Virus record (IMG/VR): IMGVR_UViG_3300008259_000147 | Coordinates: 1 to 64,000 of that record | Length of the DNA: 64,000 nt | Source: a virus | Reading direction: 5' to 3' (one strand) | Part shown: piece after piece, positions 38,301 to 48,200 of the stretch | Layout: each line of letters starts with the position of its first letter | How positions within the stretch are numbered: the first letter of the stretch is position 1 | Notes under the pieces: model-generated | Told to the model about the DNA's origin: nothing | Database searches by the model: none | What the model saw: the letters and a program-made list of their open reading frames with translations, nothing else | Position numbers and translations under genes: made by a program

Positions 38301-40277
38301 TTATTTATAGCCTCTTGCTTTTAAGGCATTTATTATTGTATTATACATTTGATCATCTATATCTGCTTTTGCATCCACTTTAGTTTTTTTATCGTTTGGA
38401 TCATTAATTATTAGCTTACCATCTTTGTCTTTTTTACCTTCATAATATTTCATATAACCATCTCTAATTTCTTTATGAGTTATAATATCTTTTAGCTTTA
38501 AGTTATATGTATCTAATAGTTCACTAATAGCTTCTACAGTAGATTCTAATTGATTAGGTGTAAGAGGTGGTGCATAACCACCACTATCATTTCCTGGATT
38601 TTGAAGTTCTATACCATATGAAAAATCATTTACATTATCTCTATTTTCATATCTAGAGTGACCTGCGTGAGCTGTTACTTGTTCTGGTGAAGCATAAACT
38701 CTTCTTGTACCATTTGCTAATACTGCAAGATGTGCATCATTTTCACCAGGTCTCATAAATTGATTATGTAAATCTATATCAGATTGTGTCCAATCACCTT
38801 TTGCATCAGGTTTAAATGCAGTCCAATGTAATACAATTTTTTTCATTTCATTTTTTAAAGCATGTCCTTTTTTATAACTTTCATCTTTTTCAGTTCTAAT
38901 ATTAGGACTTTGATAGTATTCTACTTTGTGTCTGCTAGGGGTTGTGCCTGTACCTGCAATATACAATACATTACCTGCTACACCACCTGAATTTAATGCA
39001 TCATATTCTTTTAGTCTATCAGAGGTAAAAGTTTTATCTTTAAATGAAAGTCCTTTTGAATAAGTTCCATTATCTGTTGCATAAACAGTAACATATTTTG
39101 AATTACCTTTTATCTTCTTAAATTCATTTTTAATATGTTTAAGACTACCCATTACAAAGTATGTCTTTTTAGTATCAGGGTTTTGCATAATAAATTTACC
39201 ACCTTCTACAGAACCAAAATAATCTTCATCACCATTAGTTCTTGTCATGATATTGATACTACCTTTTTTTTCAGTCTTCTCATCATCTGATAACATATTA
39301 GTAATAGGTATTTGATAATTATTATTACCATGATCTAAATCAGGTTTTGTTCTAGATTTACCATCTATTTCATCAAACGATACCACCTTGTTAGAAAATG
39401 TTTGTGAAATTAATACATCCTTTCTGTTTTTAAAATCTTTGAATGTACCAGCTACAAAATTTCCATTTGCATCAACTCCAAAGTATGTGCTATTATCAGA
39501 TGCTGCCTTATACTCACTTGGAGCAAGGAATGGTCTAAATGCAGTTATTATTGCACCATCTGATTGGAAAGGTGTATAGTCTCCTCTATTTCTAACTTTA
39601 AATTTCATATTAGCTAAATTTATATTACCTGCTAATAAAGTTTGACCTGTTTTGTTTGTTACATTTGGTATTTCAACTTCTTTTAATTGAACTTTATTTT
39701 TGTTAAGTTTGTTATAATATTCAATTGTTCCTAGTGGTTTAGGTGTTTGCTTTTCACTAAAATCTATTTTAACTGCATCAGGATCATCTCCACTATACAT
39801 TTTATATTTTCTAGTTAATCCATTTATTGCAAGATTTTTATAGTAGTTAGCTACGTCAGCTGCTTCATTATAAGTATTTTTAATATCTCCAACTACAGTT
39901 GCTAAATAATCTTCTGTTCCACCAACAAGAGTTGATAATTCATTTTGAATGTTTTCAGTCAATGAAGGTTTTTGTTTAACTACTTTTGAACTAGAATTAC
40001 CTTTTACATAACCATTAAAAGGATCAATGTTTATTTTAGGTGATGCAACTGATCCACTTGACCAAAGATATTGTAATGAAGGTTCTTGTTTTTTAGGAGT
40101 AGGATTATATCTTTGTTGATAGTTATATTGATTAGATTTTAACAATCCTAAAATATCTTTTTCTTCATTGCTATAACCCATCATTTGATATGTGTTATCC
40201 AAAAACCCATATAAGTTTTTCTTAGCAATATCATTATCTGAAATATCTAGCCAATTATCTTTTCCTTTATCTGTCAT
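38301..40277 (-). CDS. Protein with C-terminal N-acetylmuramoyl-L-alanine amidase (Amidase_2-like)
   Basis: IVLHWTA...AHL...TAHAG...NDFSYGIEL...Q...IITHKEI zinc-amidase motifs in the last ~190 aa. Confidence 0.8.
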   Translation of the reverse strand: MTDKGKDNWLDISDNDIAKKNLYGFLDNTYQMMGYSNEEKDILGLLKSNQYNYQQRYNPTPKKQEPSLQYLWSSGSVASPKINIDPFNGYVKGNSSSKVVKQKPSLTENIQNELSTLVGGTEDYLATVVGDIKNTYNEAADVANYYKNLAINGLTRKYKMYSGDDPDAVKIDFSEKQTPKPLGTIEYYNKLNKNKVQLKEVEIPNVTNKTGQTLLAGNINLANMKFKVRNRGDYTPFQSDGAIITAFRPFLAPSEYKAASDNSTYFGVDANGNFVAGTFKDFKNRKDVLISQTFSNKVVSFDEIDGKSRTKPDLDHGNNNYQIPITNMLSDDEKTEKKGSINIMTRTNGDEDYFGSVEGGKFIMQNPDTKKTYFVMGSLKHIKNEFKKIKGNSKYVTVYATDNGTYSKGLSFKDKTFTSDRLKEYDALNSGGVAGNVLYIAGTGTTPSRHKVEYYQSPNIRTEKDESYKKGHALKNEMKKIVLHWTAFKPDAKGDWTQSDIDLHNQFMRPGENDAHLAVLANGTRRVYASPEQVTAHAGHSRYENRDNVNDFSYGIELQNPGNDSGGYAPPLTPNQLESTVEAISELLDTYNLKLKDIITHKEIRDGYMKYYEGKKDKDGKLIINDPNDKKTKVDAKADIDDQMYNTIINALKARGYK

Positions 40278-43200
40278 ATAAACCTGCTTGTGAGTTTAAT
40301 TTATTATACTCATGAGCACCTATACTATGCCATTCATTTAATTGATTAGGACTTGAAAAAGCAGCAGAAGGACTATTCCAATTTTTAAACTGTTGGTTGC
40401 TTAAAGGAAAATCACCTCTTTGTTGTACATAGTATTTATCTCCTTCTTGTTTAGTTTCAAAGTATCTATTAGGTTTACCATGCACCATGCTAAAAATAGA
40501 CATATCATTAGGATCTGTTCCATAAATAGATTTACCAAATCGTGCCTTAGATAATAAACCTCCTTGAGCTTTAGGTAAAAACTCACCACCTCTTTCTTTA
40601 TAAGTTGATGGATCTACCATATCAAGGTTAATTCCAAAATCCTTTAAAAAGAACTCTACTGTTCCTTTATTTCTTTCACGATTTGGAGCTTTCTTAGTAC
40701 CTCTAGCATATTGTTTTGCAATAATATTTCTATATTTTAATCTATCAGCATCTGACTTTGCTTGATTATAATCAACAATTGCATCAAGAAACTTAGGAAA
40801 AGCTTTTGAATATTTTTCAGTATCTTTTTGAAAAAAGTCTGGCCCTAGATTATACACATAATCTTCTATAAGTAATTGTTGATTATAAGGTAATGTATCA
40901 AATGTTAGATTTCTATCTTTAAATCTTTTATTATATCCTTGTACAGATTGATCATAATGAGAATTAAAATCATCTTTCATTAATTTAATAGCTTGATCAT
41001 CTGTAATTCCTTTTGCAAATCTTTTAGTTTTTACATCTTCAGGTGTTAACTTATGACCATAACCTATTGTAGGAAGCCCACCTTCATGAGATTTATAAGG
41101 CATCCATACATTTAATTTAGAATCCCAACCCTTTTTTACACCATTCTCTTGATATTTTAACCAATCATAATAATCATTAAGCTGTCTAGTTTTTAATTTT
41201 TCTTTATCTACAGTGGATTGGTTGGTTTGAGGAGAATCTGAATCATTAACTAAATTATTCCAAAGAGACTTACCAGCAAGCTTGAGAAAATCAATGTTTC
41301 CAAAAAGAACAGGGTTGGTCATAATAGCTGAACCAATTGTACCAAGATCACCTATAAATGAGTTTCCTCCATCTTGTTTTTTAGCAGGATAAAACTTTTT
41401 ATTAGAAGTGTTGGTAACATCTGCATCTGTTAAACGAACATACTGATCACTAGCATGTTGTCTACCATACCATGTATTTCCATAAGCTGGACTTAATGAT
41501 CCATCAGGACCTCTATGATACCAATAACCTGTTGCTTTATCATAAACAGATCCTTGTTTTTGATCTTGAGATCTAGACCAATATGTTACACCAGGTGTAT
41601 CTGCTGTATATGTATTTTTATAATAAAAATCTCTACCATTATTTAGCAACACTCTTCTCTCTTGTTCTGAAAGTTTATAAATATCTTTTTTATATTTATT
41701 CCATTCATTATCTAAATTTTGTTGTAAGGTAGGTGTCCAAGCATCTGTTTTAATATCTACATTATATGAACCTCTATTTGGTAATCCTGATTGCCCTATG
41801 CTTTTTAAATATTGATCAAGCATGTATACTCTAGGATCTCTTCCTGCATTATACATAAAATCTCCAGCAGATGCTTTTTCCATTGCTGTAGGAAATGCTC
41901 CAAGTTGAGGATAATATTTATCCATGTACCAATTTACAGCATCATCTTTACTAGCACCAACTGGTAATGCAGGATTACCAAAGTTAGATAAACCATAACC
42001 ACTAGCACTACCTCTATTATCTTCCCATGTCATTGAGTTGTATCCCATGTTCTGCACACTATCTCTTGGAGATACTTGTCCATACTTCCATTGATATTTA
42101 TCTAATGATCCACCTTCTCCAAAAAACTTATTTTGCAACATTTTAAATTCCATATCACTTAATATGGCGGCAGCATCTCTTACTTTAGCTCCTTTAGTTC
42201 CTATAATAGGAGTGATTAAATTAGGACCTACTCTTAAAGTTTTATCTTCAAACAAAACACCAGATGGAATTTGATTTATATCAAAATCAGGAAAATATCT
42301 ACTGTAATTTTTTCTGAGTCTTGATGTATTTCTTAATTGGTTTACTTGGTTATTTAAACCTATTGGCATAGGATCTGCAAAAACTTTGACATAGTAAGGA
42401 TTATTACCACCATATCTTTCTCCTATCCATGTAGGGTCTTCAGCAAAATAAAGAATGTCTTTATTTGATCCTTGTAATAATTGATCATGCCCACCACTTC
42501 TTCTACCTCTGTTAATAACATTTTCAGGAGCTGTGCTTGTTCCCATTATTTCTGCAACATCATAAGGGTTATCTGGATTTTTTCCTAAGCTCGCCATCCT
42601 CTTTCTAAATAAAGGATCATTTATAATTTCAGGACTTACATCCACAACTCTGTATAAAGGTCTTTGATTATACTGCGTTTGTAACCAACTTTCAAAACCT
42701 TCTGGAGATTCTGGCAAATATTTAATTAATCCTTCCTTTTGATAACTTTTAGCTAAGTTATAAGCACTTAATACATCTTGAGAAATTGGTGTTGATTTTT
42801 TAAATAACTCACTAAATGATTTTGGAAATATTCCCATTTGAGGATTGACTCCAAAAGCCATCCTACCTGCATTATCAAATGCATTAACAAATCTTTTAGT
42901 ACCTTTTAAACCTGTTCCAACAAAAGGATTTTGAAAAGTTGCTCTAGTAGATCCTTCAGGTGCTAATTTAGTATCATCTCTAAATTCACCTTGTGCAGGA
43001 TTATAATATTCATAATTACCGTAACCAGGTTTATTAGTATATATTTTAGATTCTTTTTGAGCAGCTTGTGATTTCTTAAAAGCTTTTGCTTGTTCTGCTT
43101 TTTCAATGCTACCATATGTTGCAATATCTTTAGCCACAGATTGTGCAGCTACATTTTTTGGAGCAACAGTTACAGTACTCCTTACATTAGCTGGATTAGT

Positions 43201-45258
43201 TTGCCCTAATGCTTGATTAATTAATTGAGCACTTACAGATCCTGTAAGTTGATGTTTAGGAAGTGAGCCTCCTTGTTTAGCATATTGAATATTATCAAGC
43301 ATTTGATTTTGATCAGGCTCATTTCTAGATATGGTATTTAACATATCTATAATTTGATCATCTGTATAAACACCTCTAAGTTGTTCTAATGCATCATAAC
43401 TACTATCAGTTAAAGGTTTATAAGAGCCAAACATATCTATAGTAGCCTTTTCTGTAAAAGGATTATAAATACCTTGATTTTTCATTTCAAACCTTAATGC
43501 ATTTAATCTAGCTCTTGTTTCAGTAGGACTAGCTACATAATAATTAAATTCATCCATGCCTACCATTTTAGGATAATGACCAAACATATTAGGTTTTTGT
43601 CTTTTACGAGCAGTATTGTATGCATATTTCCCCATCAAATTTATATCTGAAATAGGAATTAACGGACCACCAAAATCACTTGCATGACTTATTTCATGAA
43701 CATCAGTATCTAAAAGATTATCTTTTGAAAATGGTGTATTGGTTATTCTAGAGATAGGAGAATTTCTAATTTTAGAATCATCAGTTGGATAATAACCCAA
43801 TGCATTATAAGCATTTGATCCTTCGTATCCAATAACCTCCATATTATCTGATGTTCCATAACTATCAAGATAATTTCCACTTGTGTCATACCAATCCCGA
43901 AGATCATGTTTCCAATATTTTTGCTTTAATTTGGGATTTATATTTCTTGCAAAATTCCAATATGATGAAGGATACTTATCCAATTCAGTTCTACTAAATC
44001 CAGATACACCTTTATCTTCAGGATATTTTTCATCTATCTCCTTACGTGAAAATTTAACATCTATATTATTAATATTTTCTAATCTTTTATCTCTTATTTG
44101 TTGCCAAAATGGATCTGTAGAGTAAAATGAATATGTGTCAGTATCAAATGACAAAGGTCTATGATTAGTAAAAAACTGTTCCCATCCAGTTGGATTATCT
44201 TTTTGAACAGATCTTTGTAACATTTGTTGAGCCATTGGAGAATTTGTCCAATCTCTCATAAAGTCTCTTCCTTGTTCTACTAACTGATCATAATAGTTAA
44301 CTTCTACACCTTTCATCATACAAGTTTGAAATTCTTCATTCCATACTTGACCTTCAGGACATTCTCCTTTATTTCCAGATTGAGCTCTACGCAATGAGCC
44401 CCCTTGTCTATATCCATAATCTTGAGCATATGGACTAGGCCCTTGAAATTGCTTTTCAAAGTTTCTAGCTTCTCCTTCTAAAGTCCAAGGAGTATCATAC
44501 ATTGCAGGGTTAACATATCTATTATAAACTACTTCAGGAGAAGCAAAATTGAATGATGGATTGTTAGATAAAAATTCATCAGTAATATATTTTTGATCTA
44601 ATGCTCTTCTATTCCAATATTGCATTGCTGCATCATTCCCTGAAGGAATAGTTGGTTCTTTTAAAGGACCAGGATAAAATTCTGAATAACCAGAGTCTCC
44701 ATTTATGTCTTGCCAGTAATGAAACATTTCATGAGGAACAACTCCTGGTATATGTTTATCTGCATCTGATAAATGTATAGTCTTAGTTAAAGGCTCATAA
44801 AAGCTATTACCTTGATTTGTAGTATCAAAGTATACACCACCTTGACCACCTGTTTGACGAACACCCTCTTTCATTGAATCTAAAAACAAACTTTTTGGAG
44901 ATGCAGGATCTGCAGAATGCTGTCTCATAAGTTTATAAACTATATCATACTGAAGTCTTTCTGCAGGAGTTAACTGATTTGTAACATATAAGTATGTATC
45001 TAAATTCTCTGGATTCCTATCTGCTTCTGGATTTACCTTAGGCATATTTGAAGTATCTCTTATACACTTTTTTGTAACAGGATCTTTAATCCATCCTGTA
45101 GGACAACCACCTGTTTGTGTTTCTTTCTTTACAGGTTTTTTTGGTGTATTAAAATAATAGTCTACCATACCTTGCTGAGCTTTAGGTAATGGCAATGCAC
45201 CACCTGAGCGCATTACTCTCTTTTGTTGGATAAGGTGAAGAAGCTTGTCAGTTTTCAT
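40267..45258 (-). CDS. Modular multi-enzyme cargo protein (1663 aa): two zincins, ART-like domain, two lysozyme-like domains, separated by GG-linkers
   Basis: HEMFH 44719-44733; HEISH 43684-43698; LYR...LYFAED ~42434-42663; WEDNRG...DFMYNAG ~41843-42037; QENG...EGGLPTIGYGH...DYVYNLG ~40842-41161. Confidence 0.7.
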   Translation of the reverse strand: MKTDKLLHLIQQKRVMRSGGALPLPKAQQGMVDYYFNTPKKPVKKETQTGGCPTGWIKDPVTKKCIRDTSNMPKVNPEADRNPENLDTYLYVTNQLTPAERLQYDIVYKLMRQHSADPASPKSLFLDSMKEGVRQTGGQGGVYFDTTNQGNSFYEPLTKTIHLSDADKHIPGVVPHEMFHYWQDINGDSGYSEFYPGPLKEPTIPSGNDAAMQYWNRRALDQKYITDEFLSNNPSFNFASPEVVYNRYVNPAMYDTPWTLEGEARNFEKQFQGPSPYAQDYGYRQGGSLRRAQSGNKGECPEGQVWNEEFQTCMMKGVEVNYYDQLVEQGRDFMRDWTNSPMAQQMLQRSVQKDNPTGWEQFFTNHRPLSFDTDTYSFYSTDPFWQQIRDKRLENINNIDVKFSRKEIDEKYPEDKGVSGFSRTELDKYPSSYWNFARNINPKLKQKYWKHDLRDWYDTSGNYLDSYGTSDNMEVIGYEGSNAYNALGYYPTDDSKIRNSPISRITNTPFSKDNLLDTDVHEISHASDFGGPLIPISDINLMGKYAYNTARKRQKPNMFGHYPKMVGMDEFNYYVASPTETRARLNALRFEMKNQGIYNPFTEKATIDMFGSYKPLTDSSYDALEQLRGVYTDDQIIDMLNTISRNEPDQNQMLDNIQYAKQGGSLPKHQLTGSVSAQLINQALGQTNPANVRSTVTVAPKNVAAQSVAKDIATYGSIEKAEQAKAFKKSQAAQKESKIYTNKPGYGNYEYYNPAQGEFRDDTKLAPEGSTRATFQNPFVGTGLKGTKRFVNAFDNAGRMAFGVNPQMGIFPKSFSELFKKSTPISQDVLSAYNLAKSYQKEGLIKYLPESPEGFESWLQTQYNQRPLYRVVDVSPEIINDPLFRKRMASLGKNPDNPYDVAEIMGTSTAPENVINRGRRSGGHDQLLQGSNKDILYFAEDPTWIGERYGGNNPYYVKVFADPMPIGLNNQVNQLRNTSRLRKNYSRYFPDFDINQIPSGVLFEDKTLRVGPNLITPIIGTKGAKVRDAAAILSDMEFKMLQNKFFGEGGSLDKYQWKYGQVSPRDSVQNMGYNSMTWEDNRGSASGYGLSNFGNPALPVGASKDDAVNWYMDKYYPQLGAFPTAMEKASAGDFMYNAGRDPRVYMLDQYLKSIGQSGLPNRGSYNVDIKTDAWTPTLQQNLDNEWNKYKKDIYKLSEQERRVLLNNGRDFYYKNTYTADTPGVTYWSRSQDQKQGSVYDKATGYWYHRGPDGSLSPAYGNTWYGRQHASDQYVRLTDADVTNTSNKKFYPAKKQDGGNSFIGDLGTIGSAIMTNPVLFGNIDFLKLAGKSLWNNLVNDSDSPQTNQSTVDKEKLKTRQLNDYYDWLKYQENGVKKGWDSKLNVWMPYKSHEGGLPTIGYGHKLTPEDVKTKRFAKGITDDQAIKLMKDDFNSHYDQSVQGYNKRFKDRNLTFDTLPYNQQLLIEDYVYNLGPDFFQKDTEKYSKAFPKFLDAIVDYNQAKSDADRLKYRNIIAKQYARGTKKAPNRERNKGTVEFFLKDFGINLDMVDPSTYKERGGEFLPKAQGGLLSKARFGKSIYGTDPNDMSIFSMVHGKPNRYFETKQEGDKYYVQQRGDFPLSNQQFKNWNSPSAAFSSPNQLNEWHSIGAHEYNKLNSQAGLYDR

Positions 45259-48200
45259 CGTGGACTTAGAGTTTCTTTTGTTGTTACTACTTTTAAATTC
45301 ATTTTTTCAGATCCTGATTGCAATCTTCTTAAGATAACTCTATTTCCATAGTGTCTAAACTTCTTCCTTTGCAAAGGTGACTTAGCATAATTAACAGCTT
45401 GAGGATTTAGATTCTTCCTATAGCCATTACATTCTGTGATAAAGTTAGTAATTTGTAAGCCATTAAACTCACCTCTATCTCTTGTAGCATCCCAGAATTG
45501 ATTAAATCTGTATTTATTCTCTTCTTTAGCCACATGAATATCTATACTATCTAAATTTATCTTAGGGTAATTTAACAAAGCTACAGGATTATTTTTAGGT
45601 TTAATATGTAAATTTAATAAACCTGAGGTTTGTTCTGTATTATAAATAAGAGCTTGATCAAAGTTTCCATCCAACACATGATATCTATCTACACATCCTG
45701 TGTTGTATTTGAATACTTCTAAGTAATACTCCACACTTTTTATTGTAGTAACCGAAGCACCTGTGTTTACAGGAAACTCTATCTCCCATCCATAGTTTAC
45801 ACCATAGTAATTATTATAGCTATTACATAATACATTGTGTTTCCAAAAGTCATTACCTTTTATAGTGTAGAAATGATCATTTGTAGAGAACTCTAAGTTA
45901 GGATGCCAGTCATGAAAACTTATCCACATCTTAGTTTTAGGATCATAACTAATAGTCCAAGAGCAATCTTCAAAGTAGTTAGTATCGCTAGGATCAATTA
46001 AAGTTTTATTAGATGTGTTAATAGGAATTAAAGTAACTACAAATTTATTAATAAGATTTAATTGAATATTGGCAGGTACTTTAGAATCAATCAGTGTAAT
46101 ATTAATTTTAAAACTACCATCTGAAATATAAGGAAATGCTTTTTTAATATTTGGTGCTTTTTCTATTTCAGTGGCCACACAATTTACAAATGATTCAATA
46201 CCTGCATTTGTAGGAACTGTTGCAGTGTAAGTACATGTTGCAAGATCATATCCATTTATATTTCCAGATATCTGATAGCCATCTTGTAATTGAGTTGTAC
46301 TTGATCCATAAGTAACTTTGAAATTATATGAGTATGATGTTACTCGGAAGTTTTTAGTGTCAGGCATATACTCTATATCTGTCCCTACTTCTATTCCAGG
46401 CAATAACTTATAATCCTTTTTAGAGAAATATACAATCTCATATTGATTATCATATGTTGTTTGACATCCAATTCCTTTTACAGGATTATCTGTTAAATCG
46501 TAATTTGGAAAAGATTTTGTCAAACTGTATATCAGATTTTCTGCAAACCAATATCTCATACCATTCATAGAAATATCAACTATCTGATTACCAGCTAACT
46601 GCATAATCTTTCCATTTCTTTGACTCATGTAGAAAATACCATATGTAGTATTAATTACACTTCTTGTAGATTGACAAGAACCATATTCTAATTCAAGATC
46701 TGCATTTACAAGAGCTTGAAATGGTTGGTTAAATAAACCACCATCACCAATTGTAATTCTATTACCTGTAGATGTTTGTAATTCATCTACCCCATTAATA
46801 GTTGTAGGTGTTGCATCATCAAAGAAAATAGCAGAACCTGTTCTATTAATTGGCTTTACATTAGTAATTACATTTTCAAAATCTTTGTAGTTGTTGTTTA
46901 AGTATATTCTCCAGTTATCTCTAGATTGTTCATACTGCTGCTGCAAACTATAAACCATTCTAGCAGGATAATATTCAAAACAAGATGCAGGAATATCTGG
47001 ATCATATGATCTAGGCAAAACACTTGACCAACTTGTATTATTTATTGAAGCTTTTGATACAGATAAACTATAATCATATTTAAAGAACTCTGGCACTTTT
47101 ATAATGTCTGTTCTAAATAACTCATATAGATTAGTGTTGCCATATGGATTATAGAATTGCTCAGAAGGTAGAGCACCATAATCTCTACTTGCTAAATTAA
47201 TCTCAGACTCACAATAAAAATCCTTAACCCCATTTACAAAAAGATAGAAGTATCCATTCTTAATATAGAATGTCTTCTTTAACATATCCTGAATTCTTAA
47301 TCTATATGAATTTGGATCTCTATCTAAATGATATAATTTACTTGGGCCAAGTACCCAACTAGTAATTGTACCAACTGGATTAGTTACTAATTTTGCAAAC
47401 TTGCGAGCAAAATCTCTAATAAATCTTAAAGGATTTAAACTAAGTCTAGGAAATGCACTTGTGTTAATTGAAATATCATTAAAGTCTATTCCTTCAAATG
47501 TAGACCAATATCTAGGATACGCAACATTAGCATATAGCTTATAATCAAAGTCAGTTCCATCAGGCATGTTAAATAGCCATTGATTAAATAATGGAAATGT
47601 ATTTTTCTCAGTATATCTATTAATGTAGACATCTCCTCTAAAATAAACAGAAGAAGTGTGAGGATAGTTTTTTGTATATACAATCTTCTCTACACAAGTT
47701 GATACAGGAATCTGAGTTATAGATGATAATTGACCATATGCACCTTTTAAATCTAACTTTAATCCTACATAATAAGAAGAAATGTTTAAAGTAAAATTAT
47801 TATTTGTTGTTGTCCAAGCTTTTAATTGATTTACAGTTCTTCTACTTTGATCAATTGTTGAAGGATTTACTAATGTTCCAATTGTATTTATTATTGCAGT
47901 ATTTGGTCTAAATAAATTATTCACGGTATATGTTCCATCAAATACTTGAACACCTGACTCAACATATCTAGCTGCTTTAATTTGTCTTCTGTAGTTTTGA
48001 TTTTGAGGATTCTTTTTTGAACTATAAAATCCATGGCTATTATATTGTAATGCATATTGTCTCCAAGGCAAAAGTTCCATTACAAGCTTCATAGCATTAC
48101 CAAATCCTTGAGCTAACATGAATCCACCAATGCTAAATATTAAATTCATCTGAGTAATAAAACTCATTATGTCAGGAAGTATTCCAGGTTTTTTAGTAGA

